Positions 1 through 9,943 of a DNA stretch of 64,000 nucleotides are shown piece by piece. The notes below the pieces were generated by a model. That model was not told where the DNA came from and searched no databases. It was given only the letters and a program-made list of their open reading frames with translations. Where the stretch lies: assembly GCA_026195275.1 (NCBI GenBank), contig JAPHQU010000003.1, positions 7,852 through 71,851 on the forward strand, given 5' to 3'. The number at the start of each line of letters is the position of its first letter. Position 1 is the first letter of the stretch. Both the position numbers and the translations under genes were made by a program. The stretch comes from Minisyncoccota bacterium. Lineage in GTDB: Bacteria > Patescibacteriota > Minisyncoccia > Phycocordibacterales > JABMNX01.

Positions 1-283
1 ACTACAAACGGTTGTGCGATAAAGACCCTGATCGGCACGACAATGAGTACAGCAAGAAAAACAATCTTGAGTATTTCAAAGAGGGTATCCTCTTTTTTTG
101 TTGTGTGCTCAGCTTGTGGAGGTTGCGGAGCGGCGGGAGTAGATGTTGGTGGTGCATCAAGATTATGGGATTGATCATTGTGTATGTGTTCACCAAACAT
201 GTTGCAAGTATTGTAGTATAAAGAAGTGTTTGACACAAAGAGCGATTCTGTGTTCTGTGTCTTTTCGTGTTAAAATTGAGCGA

Positions 284-874
284 ATGGAATACATAATAGT
301 CGGTCTCGGCAACACGGGAGAACAGTATGAAGACTCACGACACAACATGGGGCGCATTATAGTTGAAAGTCTTCGTGAGAAATTTAATCTTCCGGAATGG
401 GAGGAAGAAAAAAAGAAAGGCGCACTTGTTTCAAGTGGAAAGATGGGTAAACATACCGTCACACTGGTCTTGCCAGAACTCCTCATGAACCGATCGGGGA
501 GCGTCATCAAGAATTTCGCCACCAATAAGAAAAAGGCGGAACGACTAGTGGTTGTGTATGACGACATTGACCTTCCTTTCGGTGTAGAGCGGGTCTCATT
601 CTCGCGCGGCCCCGGTGGGCATCGCGGCGTTGCATCGGTTATCAAGAGCCTCGGTACAAAGGATTTCATTCGATTACGCATTGGCGTGTCTCCGACAACA
701 CCAAAGGGGACAGTTAAAAAACCAAAAGGAGAGGAGAAGGTGCTTGATTTTCTGATGGGGTCCTTTAATAAAAAAGAAAGAGATATGCTCCCGATTCTTG
801 CACGGAGAGCTTCAGACATTGTTGGAACCATCATCTCACACGGACACACGCAGGCGATGAACCGGTTTAATTAA
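284..874 (+). CDS. pth: peptidyl-tRNA hydrolase
   Basis: N-terminal IVGLGNTG...YxxSRHNMG motif typical of Pth. The ORF-track frame starts at 143, but I place the start at the internal ATG at 284, which gives 197 aa. Confidence 0.85.
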   Translation: MEYIIVGLGNTGEQYEDSRHNMGRIIVESLREKFNLPEWEEEKKKGALVSSGKMGKHTVTLVLPELLMNRSGSVIKNFATNKKKAERLVVVYDDIDLPFGVERVSFSRGPGGHRGVASVIKSLGTKDFIRLRIGVSPTTPKGTVKKPKGEEKVLDFLMGSFNKKERDMLPILARRASDIVGTIISHGHTQAMNRFN

Positions 875-919
875 TCACATAAGACTTAGTCAGATTAAGT
901 TAGTCTAAAAAACATATTA

Positions 920-952
920 AAAAACACCCAATTAGGTATTGGGTGTTTTTTA
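920..952. terminator. bidirectional rho-independent terminator between pth and rpsA
   Basis: Hairpin acacccaattaggtattgggtgt flanked by A and T tracts. Confidence 0.6.
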
Positions 953-974
953 AGAGCCAAGAGCTCGTCTGTTT

Positions 975-2099
975 CTACTCGTTTGCTTGTTTGTACGAGA
1001 GCGTCATGCGCTGCTCTTCTGGCTCGAAGAGTGTGATTGCGAGCTTATATGTCTTACCGAGCTCAAGAGTCTGATGGAGGTTTGTCTCAGTCTCAAATTC
1101 TGAGACATGAACCAACCCTGCGACTCCCTCCTCGATAGAAGCAAGTGCGCCATGTTTGTTGTATTTGATGATCACTCCATCTACAATGTCGCCCTTCTTA
1201 TATTTTGATCCGGCCTCCTTCCATGGGTTTTCCTTGAGTGCCTTGATCGAGAGCGAGACTTTCCCGTCTTGGATGTCAATCACTTTGACGTTGACTTTGT
1301 CCCCGACAGTGAAGAGTGTGTGTGGGTCCTCAACAAGTGCCCAGTCAATCTCAGAGATGTGAACAAGACCCTCGAGTCCTTCGCGAAGCTTCACAAAGAT
1401 ACCAAACTCAACAACACCAGTCACCTCACCTTCAACAACATCACCAAGTTCGTATTCTTTCGTTAGTGCCACCTTGCTTTCTTCAAGTTGGTCTTTCTCC
1501 GAGAAGATCAATTTATTCTCTTTCGGATCAGCGGTAATGATTGATACGGCAAGTTTTGTGCCGATGAGTCGGCGGAGTTCTTCGAGAATCCGCTCCTTAT
1601 CACCGTGCTCAACACGCGGATAGTGCTCTGCTTTCAGTTGTGATGCGGGGAGAAATCCGGGGATTCCCTGCCATTCAATAATGAGTCCGCCTTTGTTGGC
1701 GTCTTTCACCGGAAGCTCAAGTATTGTCTTATGTGTGATTGCTTCCTCAGCCTCTTCCCAGATGAGCGCTTGGCGCGCTTCCTTGAGTGAGAGCTCAATG
1801 TAACCGTGAAGCCCCTCAGTATCGACTACCTTTGCAGCGATACTGTCGCCAACATTCACTTTCCGCAAGATATCACGCGCATTCATGAACTCGCGACCAT
1901 AGATAATCCCCGTACCAAATGGTGCGAGGTTGATATAGATGTGCGATCGCTCGATAGCGATAACCGGTCCTTCAATCAGGTCGCCCGCCACTGGTGGGTT
2001 GGGCACTTTCGCGAGAAGGTCGGACATTACCGACTTTGCTCCTCCTTTTGGTGCGTCGTCCTGAGTCTTCTCAGGCGTCGCATCTTTTGTTTCTATCAT
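975..2099 (-). CDS. rpsA: 30S ribosomal protein S1 (short 4-S1-domain form)
   Basis: Repeated S1 (OB-fold) domains with the recurring pattern GxxVxGxV...FGxFV. 374 aa. Confidence 0.8.
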   Translation of the reverse strand: MIETKDATPEKTQDDAPKGGAKSVMSDLLAKVPNPPVAGDLIEGPVIAIERSHIYINLAPFGTGIIYGREFMNARDILRKVNVGDSIAAKVVDTEGLHGYIELSLKEARQALIWEEAEEAITHKTILELPVKDANKGGLIIEWQGIPGFLPASQLKAEHYPRVEHGDKERILEELRRLIGTKLAVSIITADPKENKLIFSEKDQLEESKVALTKEYELGDVVEGEVTGVVEFGIFVKLREGLEGLVHISEIDWALVEDPHTLFTVGDKVNVKVIDIQDGKVSLSIKALKENPWKEAGSKYKKGDIVDGVIIKYNKHGALASIEEGVAGLVHVSEFETETNLHQTLELGKTYKLAITLFEPEEQRMTLSYKQANE

Positions 2100-2477
2100 A
2101 TTTTAAATTGTGTGGTGCACAGTACTACCTGCCGTCTCAGGAGATTCTCTGTAGGTAGGATTAGCTCTGCACCACGGCTAACAAAAGACCCGTGATACAC
2201 GGGGTGGGTACACTATAGGCGGTGACTAACTAACAGTCAATAGGCGCCACTTTAAAAGAGAAACCCCGGTTTCCGAAGAAACCGGGGTGGGGTGACCACA
2301 TTTAGGGGGGGAGGGAGTGGTCACTGCTTGCCAGAGGGGGGATCACCGACAAGTACTTTGCCCAGTTGGAATACTAACACATGAAGATTAATTGTCAACA
2401 TCTCTGCTCGTTTTTGTGGTGTCGACAAACATTACGAGAATCGACTGTTTTTAGTGGGTCTGGTATACTACTTGGCA

Positions 2478-3110
2478 ATGGTAATCAGCTATCACGGTGG
2501 GGAATTCGTTAAAATCACGCAGGGTGACACAACGCTTGCGTTTAACCCGATCTCAAAAGACTCAAAGCTCTCGGGAGCAAAGTTTGGTGCGGACATTGTA
2601 CTTATTTCGACAGACGACAAAGATATGAACGGCGTCGAACAAGTGACCTACGGCGATCGAGCTCCATTTGTTATCCAGGGACCCGGTGAGTACGAGGTTG
2701 AGAAAGTCTTTATCAAAGGATTCCCTTCAACATCACACTATGGAGGTAAGGAGCGCCCCAATACGATCTACATCGTCACTATGGACGGGATGAATCTTTG
2801 CTTTCTTGGTGCACTTTCTGAAAAAGAAATTAATACGAAGGTCTTTGAGGACATCGACTCGATCGACATACTCTTTGTACCCATCGGTGGGGAAGGAGTC
2901 TTGAGCTCTTCTGACGCCCACCGCGTCGCGGTGAAGATCGAACCAAGGGTCATTGTTCCGATTCACTATGGCGCGGTTGGTGAGAAGGGCGCGCTTAAGA
3001 TATTCCTGAAAGAGGAGGGGGCCGAAGAAGTGAAGCCGATAGAGAAGTTAACGCTCAAGAAGAAAGATGTTGAAGGGAAGAACGGTGAGGTTGTTGTTCT
3101 TGCCGAGTAA
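2478..3110 (+). CDS. metal-dependent hydrolase, MBL-fold (UPF0173-like)
   Basis: N-terminal MVISYHGGEFVKI..., DxxD and HYG motifs resembling the UPF0173 beta-lactamase-fold family. The ORF-track frame begins at 2454; the ATG is at 2478. Confidence 0.55.
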   Translation: MVISYHGGEFVKITQGDTTLAFNPISKDSKLSGAKFGADIVLISTDDKDMNGVEQVTYGDRAPFVIQGPGEYEVEKVFIKGFPSTSHYGGKERPNTIYIVTMDGMNLCFLGALSEKEINTKVFEDIDSIDILFVPIGGEGVLSSSDAHRVAVKIEPRVIVPIHYGAVGEKGALKIFLKEEGAEEVKPIEKLTLKKKDVEGKNGEVVVLAE

Positions 3111-3133
3111 ACTCGAAAGCCACAATATATTAT

Positions 3134-3532
3134 ATGTTCCACTCACTCGAGCATATCCGCAATAAATCCCGTGCGGAGCGTCAGACCATCGCTTTTAGTA
3201 TTGCTGGTGGTATAACCGGGGTTGTCTTTCTCTTGTGGGCGGTGTCATTTCTTGCATCACTCGAACAAGAGTCAATCACCCCATCGACAGTAGACGAGCC
3301 CACTCATTTCTCCTCATTCGTGGGGTCTCTCCAAGATGCTTCAGTGATACTTCAAGAGCAGGCGCGCGCCCTCCGTGAAGGGATCCAGGCAGTCACTGAA
3401 GGAGAACAGTCGGCGGATCAGTTGCCGCAGCCAGATGTCACAGAAGCGCCTGTCGCCGCTTCTGAAGAGGATGCGCGACCGCAAGGCGAGATGACTGATT
3501 CGGGGCTTGAGATCATACAAGTTGAGCGTTAA
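3134..3532 (+). CDS. hypothetical membrane-anchored protein
   Basis: ORF with a single N-terminal TM helix and an acidic C-terminus. No family recognised. Confidence 0.35.
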   Translation: MFHSLEHIRNKSRAERQTIAFSIAGGITGVVFLLWAVSFLASLEQESITPSTVDEPTHFSSFVGSLQDASVILQEQARALREGIQAVTEGEQSADQLPQPDVTEAPVAASEEDARPQGEMTDSGLEIIQVER

Positions 3533-3612
3533 GCCAGCACGGTTCTCTGGCCTGGAATCGCTTTAATTAGGGGCTTATTTATAGTATACTAGGTACATCA
3601 TTGTAAGGTTTT

Positions 3613-6072
3613 ATGGCAGAAAAGAAGCCCAATAAAAACAAAGCGCCGGCGTACGATCAGATCATTCCGCAAGGGATTGGCGAGGAAATGCAGCAAGCAT
3701 ACCTTGACTATGCGATGACGGTCATTACTTCGCGCGCGCTCCCTGATGTACGCGACGGACTGAAGCCGGTCCACCGACGTATTCTCTTTACCATGCATCA
3801 AATGGGGCTCACTTCAAGTGCGCGTTTCCGTAAGTCGGCTGCGGTAGTTGGAGATGTGCTCGGTAAATTCCACCCACATGGTGATACTGCGGTCTACGAT
3901 GCGCTTGCAAAACTCGCGCAGGATTTCACTACCCGCTATCCGCTCATTATCGGTCAAGGCAACTTCGGTTCAGTCGATGGTGATGCTCCGGCGGCGATGC
4001 GTTACACCGAGGCGAAGATGGCAAAGCTCTCAGGTGAATACCTTCGGGACATTGAAAAAGAGACGGTAGAGTGGCGTGGCAACTATGACAACACGCGCAA
4101 GGAGCCAGTAGTCTTTCCTGCTGCCGCACCGGGGTTGCTCCTTAATGGCACACTTGGTATCGCGGTTGGTATGGCAACAAATATTCCGCCACACAATCTC
4201 ACTGAGGTTACTAACGCGACAGTGCATCTTATTGATAACCCAAAAGCGACCACCGAGGACCTCATGGAGTTTGTGAAGGGGCCAGACTTCCCAAGTGGTT
4301 GTGTCGCGTTTAATACGAAAGATATTCACCAGGCATACGCAAGCGGAAAGGGTGGTGTTGTGGTGCGTGGTGTTGCTGAAATCGTTGAAGACAAGAAGGG
4401 GAGTCCGCAAATCGTTATTTCATCAATACCGTATCGTGTGAACAAGGCGGATCTTATTACCAAGATCGCCGATTTGGTGCGCGATAAAAAAGTTGAGGGC
4501 ATCAAGGGGCTTCGCGATGAGTCAACTAAAGATACACGCGTGGTGATCGACCTCAAAGGAAGTTCACACCCACAAACCGTACTCAACACACTTTACAAAC
4601 ATACGCAGCTTGAAGAAACATTTCACTACAATATGGTTGCGCTCGTTGATGGGGTGCCGCAAACACTTTCGCTTAAGAGTATCCTCGAGTCGTTTATCAC
4701 ACACCGTAAGCAGGTAGTGACTCGCCGTACAGAGTTTGAACTCAAGAAAGCAGAGGCGCGCGAGCACATCTTGCTCGGCCTTAAGAAGGCACTTGATCAT
4801 ATTGATGCAATCATTAAGACGATTAAAAAGTCGAAAGACGCATCTGCGGCGCACACCGCACTCATGAAGGAGTTCAAACTTTCAGAACTTCAAGCAACCG
4901 CGATTCTCGAGATGCGCCTTCAAAAGTTGGCAGGACTCGAACGCAAAAAGATCGAAGACGAACTCAAAGAGGTCCAGCTACTTATCGAGGAGCTCAAAGA
5001 ATTACTCAAGAGTGAGAAAAAGATATTCGGTGTGGTTAAGGAGGAACTTAAGGAGCTTGCGAAGGTATACGGTGATGAGCGACGTACACAAATAATGACG
5101 CGTGGCGCAAAATCGCTGTCTGTTGAAGATCTTATCCCCGAGGAAGAGAGTGTCTTAGTTTTCACGAAAGGCGGCTATGTGAAGCGAACCAATCCGAATG
5201 AATATAAACGACAGAAACGCGGGGGTGTCGGTGTCGTCGACCTCAGTACCAAGGAAGAAGATGTGGTGACACGCTTCCTTACGACAAGCACACACAGTGA
5301 CCTGCTCTTCTTTACTGACAAAGGGAAGGTCTATCAGATCAAGATGTACGATATTCCTGAAGGACGACGTGCAACAAAAGGAAAGTCAATCATGAATTTC
5401 CTCTCAATCTCACAAGATGAGCATGTGACCTCTATCCTTGCTGTCCCCAAAGAGACCAAGAAAGACGACCTATCACTCCTGATGGTGACAAGGAACGGTG
5501 TAGCAAAGCGTGTTCCGGCTGAGAGTTTCTTTGATGTTCGTCGTAGTGGGCTTATCGCGATCACTCTTAAGAGCGATGACGTGTTGAAATCTGCCTCTTT
5601 TGTGAAAAACGGAGAGGGGGTGGTTGTTGTGACTCAAGAAGGACAATCAATCCGGTTTAAGAGCTCTGATATCCGCAAGATGGGTCGCACGGCAGCGGGA
5701 GTCATCGGGATAAAGCTCACTAAAGACGATAAGGTTGTTGGTGCTGAGGTGATCTGTGCGGAATACGAGAAGCCGGAATTGCTGGTCTTAACAGCGACTG
5801 GTTACGGGAAGAAGACTTCGCTCTCCGAGTACAAGGTACAAAAACGCGGCGGATCAGGTATCAAGACTGCTAAAGTAACCAATAAAACAGGAAATATTAT
5901 TGCGATGGCAGTAGTAGACGGTGCAGAAGGTGAGGTGGTCGCAGTATCTCAAAAAGGACAAGTAATCCGCACCGGTGTAGATGAGATTCCGTCACTTTCA
6001 CGTCAGACACAAGGTGTGCGCGTCATGAAACTTCGCGCAGGTGACCAAGTTGCTTCGATGGCGTTTGTATAA
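3613..6072 (+). CDS. gyrA: DNA gyrase subunit A
   Basis: AAMRYTEAKM active-site region and C-terminal beta-pinwheel repeats. 819 aa. Confidence 0.95.
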   Translation: MAEKKPNKNKAPAYDQIIPQGIGEEMQQAYLDYAMTVITSRALPDVRDGLKPVHRRILFTMHQMGLTSSARFRKSAAVVGDVLGKFHPHGDTAVYDALAKLAQDFTTRYPLIIGQGNFGSVDGDAPAAMRYTEAKMAKLSGEYLRDIEKETVEWRGNYDNTRKEPVVFPAAAPGLLLNGTLGIAVGMATNIPPHNLTEVTNATVHLIDNPKATTEDLMEFVKGPDFPSGCVAFNTKDIHQAYASGKGGVVVRGVAEIVEDKKGSPQIVISSIPYRVNKADLITKIADLVRDKKVEGIKGLRDESTKDTRVVIDLKGSSHPQTVLNTLYKHTQLEETFHYNMVALVDGVPQTLSLKSILESFITHRKQVVTRRTEFELKKAEAREHILLGLKKALDHIDAIIKTIKKSKDASAAHTALMKEFKLSELQATAILEMRLQKLAGLERKKIEDELKEVQLLIEELKELLKSEKKIFGVVKEELKELAKVYGDERRTQIMTRGAKSLSVEDLIPEEESVLVFTKGGYVKRTNPNEYKRQKRGGVGVVDLSTKEEDVVTRFLTTSTHSDLLFFTDKGKVYQIKMYDIPEGRRATKGKSIMNFLSISQDEHVTSILAVPKETKKDDLSLLMVTRNGVAKRVPAESFFDVRRSGLIAITLKSDDVLKSASFVKNGEGVVVVTQEGQSIRFKSSDIRKMGRTAAGVIGIKLTKDDKVVGAEVICAEYEKPELLVLTATGYGKKTSLSEYKVQKRGGSGIKTAKVTNKTGNIIAMAVVDGAEGEVVAVSQKGQVIRTGVDEIPSLSRQTQGVRVMKLRAGDQVASMAFV

Positions 6073-6210
6073 ACAAGCGGGGATATATGGAGTGCGTTAG
6101 AATTTCAACCCTTTATCTTGTTAAAGGGTGAGAAGCTATAGTCGCAAGGTATCGTTTCTGGGTGTTAGCCGCTGGACACTCTCGCGTGGTTTACTTTACA
6201 CTTACCATAT

Positions 6211-6744
6211 ATGCGTTTTGCTGATCCAACGGCCAACATTGAACAATTTCGACTTGACCCGGGAATGTCTGTCGCAGAACTCGGTGCGGGTATTGGTGCC
6301 TATTCTATCGCTGCCGCACGCGTCGTCGGTCGTCGGGGTGTAGTCTATGCAGTTGATATACAACAAGATCTTCTTGCGCGCATCGCACACACCGCTGATC
6401 GAGAGGGTCTTGAGAATGTCGAAGTGGTCTGGGGGGATATCGAAGCAGTTGGGGGTAGCAAACTCCTCGACGAGTCGATAGATGCTATTATAGTATCAAA
6501 CGTGCTTTTCCTTACAGAAGACAAAGACGGTGTCGCGAGAGAAGCGGTGCGCATCTTAAAGAAGAACGGGAAGGTGCTCGTTGTTGATTGGAAAGATTCG
6601 TTTGGTGGTCTCGGACCAAAGAGAGACTCTATCATCACTGCAAGTGAGACAAAAGAGCTCTTTGCCCGACATGGTCTTACGGTAGAGCGGGAGATTCAGG
6701 CGGGCGCACATCATTACGGCATTATTTTTAGACAAAAAAGATGA
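6211..6744 (+). CDS. class I SAM-dependent methyltransferase
   Basis: LGAGIGAYS glycine-rich SAM-binding motif. 177 aa. Confidence 0.65.
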   Translation: MRFADPTANIEQFRLDPGMSVAELGAGIGAYSIAAARVVGRRGVVYAVDIQQDLLARIAHTADREGLENVEVVWGDIEAVGGSKLLDESIDAIIVSNVLFLTEDKDGVAREAVRILKKNGKVLVVDWKDSFGGLGPKRDSIITASETKELFARHGLTVEREIQAGAHHYGIIFRQKR

Positions 6745-8045
6745 AAAAACTAAGCACGTTTCAGATAGTCGTTACCGCGGGATTTATTATATTTACTATT
6801 CTTGGCGTGCTGCTTTTCGCGGGAGTTGGTGGTTTTGGTGGAAGAGAGGACAAGGTTGGTCCGGTAGTTGTTTGGGGGACATACGATGAGAAGATTATGA
6901 AAGACGTTCTCCGCGAGCTTTCATATGACGACAATCGTTTTGATGAAGTGTCCTACGTCGAGAAAGATGCGCGTACATTTGATACCCAATTGGTTGAAGC
7001 GCTTGCAGCGGGGAGCGGTCCCGACCTCTTCTTCTTGCAGCAGGATACAATAGTACGCCACAAGGATAAGATATACCCAATTCCATACTCAGTGGTGTCT
7101 GAACGAGCGTTTAGGGATTCTTTTATAGAGGAAGGCGAATTGTTTCTTGGTCAACAAGGAATCTACGCAATGCCATTCATGGTTGATCCTATGGTGCTCT
7201 ACTGGAATCGCGACCACTACGCACGCGCAGGCATCGCCCGACCGCCGCGCTATTGGGATGAGCTTCTCGGGTACGCTGGTGACGGCGTGCTGACTCTGCG
7301 TGGGGAGAGTGGCGCGATCCTTCAGAGTGCTTTTGCTATTGGTGGGTACCGTAATATCACTCACGCGAAGGAATTGCTTTCTCTTCTTATGCTTCAGGCG
7401 GGGACACCAATAGTCGATGATCAAGCAGTTGAACCGACGGCGCAGTTGCGCTCGTATTCTGTTGAGGGAGTCACGCCCGCCGAGAACGCCCTGCGTTTCT
7501 ACACGGATTTCGCAAACCCATCAAAGTCTATCTACACTTGGAATAGTGCGCTTCCTGAAGCGCAAAAGGCATTTGTCTCCGGCATTCTCTCAAATTATGC
7601 TGGATTCGCGGGTGAACTCTCATCAATACGGAAACAAAACCCCAATCTCAACTTCGATGTTGCGCTCATACCACAGGTGCGTGAGAGTGGTCGGACCACT
7701 ACCTTTGGAAAGATGACTGCTCTTGCGGTTCCGAAGGGTGCGCAAAACCTAGGCGGTGGTATCGCTATTGCGCTCGCGCTCTCCGAAGACGTGTCGCTTC
7801 AGAAGGTTGTCGATATGACTGGGTTCGCACCGGTATCTCGAGCGCTCCTTGCAACACGCCCAACAGACCCCTTCAAAGCGGTATTGTGGGACGCAGCACT
7901 TCAGTCAGGTGCGTGGCTTGACCCAAGTGCCGAAGCAACCGAAGGGGTATTTCAGCGTATGATCGAGTCGGTCGTCTCCGGTCGTCTCCGGATCAGTGAA
8001 GCGGTGGATACTGCACATCGCGAGCTTGAGAATCTGTTACAATAA
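6741..8045 (+). CDS. extracellular solute-binding protein (ABC-type, family 1-like) with N-terminal TM anchor
   Basis: N-terminal TM helix followed by a periplasmic binding-protein-like fold. Its start overlaps the methyltransferase stop by 4 nt, implying an operon. Confidence 0.5.
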   Translation: MKKLSTFQIVVTAGFIIFTILGVLLFAGVGGFGGREDKVGPVVVWGTYDEKIMKDVLRELSYDDNRFDEVSYVEKDARTFDTQLVEALAAGSGPDLFFLQQDTIVRHKDKIYPIPYSVVSERAFRDSFIEEGELFLGQQGIYAMPFMVDPMVLYWNRDHYARAGIARPPRYWDELLGYAGDGVLTLRGESGAILQSAFAIGGYRNITHAKELLSLLMLQAGTPIVDDQAVEPTAQLRSYSVEGVTPAENALRFYTDFANPSKSIYTWNSALPEAQKAFVSGILSNYAGFAGELSSIRKQNPNLNFDVALIPQVRESGRTTTFGKMTALAVPKGAQNLGGGIAIALALSEDVSLQKVVDMTGFAPVSRALLATRPTDPFKAVLWDAALQSGAWLDPSAEATEGVFQRMIESVVSGRLRISEAVDTAHRELENLLQ

Positions 8046-8072
8046 AGAAGTCTCTTCAAAGACGCCGATTGT

Positions 8073-8408
8073 ATGAAAAAAATATTTCAAAGTATCATCG
8101 CCGCCGCTGTGTTTCTGCCGTACTCAGTAGCTGCGGCGACTGGTTTAAAGAATCCGCTTCGAAACATCAATAATTTTGAAGATTTTGTTGAACTTCTTCT
8201 CGAGGCGGTGATTCGGATCGGACTTCCGATCGCTGCACTCTTTATTGTCTACTCAGGACTTCTCTTTGTAACCGCACAGGGGAGTGAGGACAAGATAAAG
8301 AAGGCGAAAGACGTATTCTTCTACACCATTGTCGGGGTTGCGGTATTTCTTGGCTCGTGGACTCTGGCCAAGGTTATCCAAAGTACCATTAAACTATTAA
8401 CCGGTTAG
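8073..8408 (+). CDS. pilin-like small membrane protein (VirB2/TrbC-like architecture), paralog 1
   Basis: Signal peptide (AAA-TG) followed by two hydrophobic helices separated by a short charged loop. Paralogous to the next three ORFs. Confidence 0.5.
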   Translation: MKKIFQSIIAAAVFLPYSVAAATGLKNPLRNINNFEDFVELLLEAVIRIGLPIAALFIVYSGLLFVTAQGSEDKIKKAKDVFFYTIVGVAVFLGSWTLAKVIQSTIKLLTG

Positions 8409-8422
8409 TCCTTTATATATCT

Positions 8423-8695
8423 ATGAATTTCCCGATAACCTATAGTTTCTGCACTCCGGTCCAGACCTTTGGGGACTTGGTATGCCTCTTTATCTCGATC
8501 ATTAACCTCCTTATCCCGATTCTGATCTCTTTGGCGGTCCTCGGTTTCTTTTGGGGGGTATTCCAGTACGGGTTTACTGAAGGAAAGATAGAAGAAGGAA
8601 AGAAGATTATGACCTTTGGCGTGATTGCGATCTTCGTAATGGTCTCAATCTGGGGTATTCTGCGCGTCCTCGCAGAGACATTTCTTGGGGCATAG
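8423..8695 (+). CDS. pilin-like small membrane protein, paralog 2
   Basis: Shared motif LxxPIxIxLAVLxFFWG...G......G.xxMxWGIIAxFVMVSIWGxLRxL. Two TM helices. Confidence 0.5.
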   Translation: MNFPITYSFCTPVQTFGDLVCLFISIINLLIPILISLAVLGFFWGVFQYGFTEGKIEEGKKIMTFGVIAIFVMVSIWGILRVLAETFLGA

Positions 8696-8795
8696 CCGCT
8701 CTAAGTATCCACACGAATAGCGTTGCGTTTTTGCCGCAATGGCCCAATACTATACGTATACTGTTTATTACTAGGATTTAAGGATAATAAATTAC

Positions 8796-9122
8796 ATGAA
8801 AGCATTAGTAACAGCGTCAGCACTTCTCTTAACTCCGGTTCTTGTGCATGCGCAAGGGTTGCAAGGGGTTCTTGGGGTTTTCTCAGACCTCATCAATCTT
8901 GCCATTCCGCTCGTGATTGCACTTGCGGTACTTCTATTTTTCTGGGGTCTCGCTACGTACATCATGAAGGCTGGTGAGGAGAAGGAGCAGGGTCGCGATC
9001 TTATGATCTGGGGGATCATTGCCCTCTTCGTTATGGTATCAATTTGGGGTCTCGTTCGATTGCTCCAGGATACGTTTAACGTAGGTGATCAGACGCCAAT
9101 TATCCCTGGCCAGATTCGATAG
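8796..9122 (+). CDS. pilin-like small membrane protein, paralog 3
   Basis: Signal peptide (VHA-QG) plus the same two-helix motif. Confidence 0.5.
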   Translation: MKALVTASALLLTPVLVHAQGLQGVLGVFSDLINLAIPLVIALAVLLFFWGLATYIMKAGEEKEQGRDLMIWGIIALFVMVSIWGLVRLLQDTFNVGDQTPIIPGQIR

Positions 9123-9143
9123 TCAAAGACGTTCGATATTATT

Positions 9144-9386
9144 ATGTCGATTGAGCAATTTCTCCTACGCCTTGAGACGTTTATCCTCAATCCGATTCTT
9201 CTTCTCCTCTTCTCCGTTGCGCTCTTATATTTTCTGTGGGGCATCACCGTCTACATATGGAAGTCAGACAGCGAGGATGCACGAAGGAAAGGGGCGCAAC
9301 ACATGCTTTGGGGAATCATTGGTATGTTCATCATGGTTGCTGCCTACGCAATCATCAACCTTATCGGAAATACTTTTGGTATCTAA
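9144..9386 (+). CDS. pilin-like small membrane protein, paralog 4
   Basis: Same two-helix motif (LLYFLWG...WGIIGMFIMVAAYAI). Confidence 0.5.
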   Translation: MSIEQFLLRLETFILNPILLLLFSVALLYFLWGITVYIWKSDSEDARRKGAQHMLWGIIGMFIMVAAYAIINLIGNTFGI

Positions 9387-9607
9387 GGAAGATAAGACAA
9401 CCTATTAAAATAAACAACTCATACGTAATGTATGAGTTGTTTATTTTTTGCACCTCTACCGAACTTTTGTGTACAGGTTAGAGAGCAAGCCTACTCTGGC
9501 ACTTCCATTATTTCTAAAAGCTTCGCTCTAAGAAAAATTGGTCGGAAGTACTCTTATGGTAAACTTCCATGCCTTGCGGCGCCCCTATGTTCTGTAAAGC
9601 AAACACT

Positions 9608-9689
9608 GTGCGCGAGAGAGGACTCGAACCTCCACATCTTGCGATACCAGTTCCTAAGACTGGCGTGTCTACCAATTCCACCACTCGCG
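9608..9689 (-). tRNA. tRNA-Leu (anticodon TAG)
   Basis: Manually folded cloverleaf: anticodon loop CTTAGGA, long variable arm, T-loop GGTTCGAGTCC. Confidence 0.8.
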
Positions 9690-9825
9690 CACACTATTCA
9701 CTTTACAACGAACATTTCTTCGCCTCGCGAAGAATCGGATGAAAAGTAAAGCAGTTTACTTTTCATTCACACGGCAGGTTTAGTCTGACCTGTTTCACCA
9801 TCCCGGCACTTTAAACAAAATCACT

Positions 9826-9850
9826 GTCTGCCAATTCCACCACTCGCGTA
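9826..9850 (-). repeat. partial duplicate of the tRNA-Leu(TAG) 5' part (acceptor plus D-arm)
   Basis: gtctgccaattccaccactcgcg versus gtctaccaattccaccactcgcg in the intact gene. Confidence 0.55.
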
Positions 9851-9870
9851 TTCCCAGAACATCTGCAGGG

Positions 9871-9943
9871 TCCGCCCAGTAGGACTTGAACCTACGACCC
9901 ACCGCTTAAGAGGCGGTTGCTCTACCAACTGAGCTATAGGCGG
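9871..9943 (-). tRNA. tRNA-Lys (anticodon CTT)
   Basis: Manually folded: D-arm TAGCTCAGTTGGTAGAGCA, anticodon loop CTCTTAA, T-loop GGTTCAAGTCC. Confidence 0.8.

Noticed and set aside
2-238. 78-aa minus-strand ORF and 69-aa plus-strand ORF at the left window edge
   Set aside because: No recognisable motif, low-complexity composition, and they overlap each other. This is probably the non-coding upstream region of pth, but I cannot exclude a truncated gene running off the window.
190-849. 219-aa ORF antisense to pth
   Set aside because: It overlaps a well-supported pth CDS completely on the opposite strand and has Ser/Arg-rich low-complexity composition typical of antisense frames. The same reasoning applies to the other embedded antisense ORFs, for example 11438-12016 in infB, 15813-16145 and 17673-18191 in clpB, 21751-22173 in parB, 31796-32251 in dnaX, 42641-43189 in GH1, 43903-44406 in the DMT gene, and 60553-61639 across the island.
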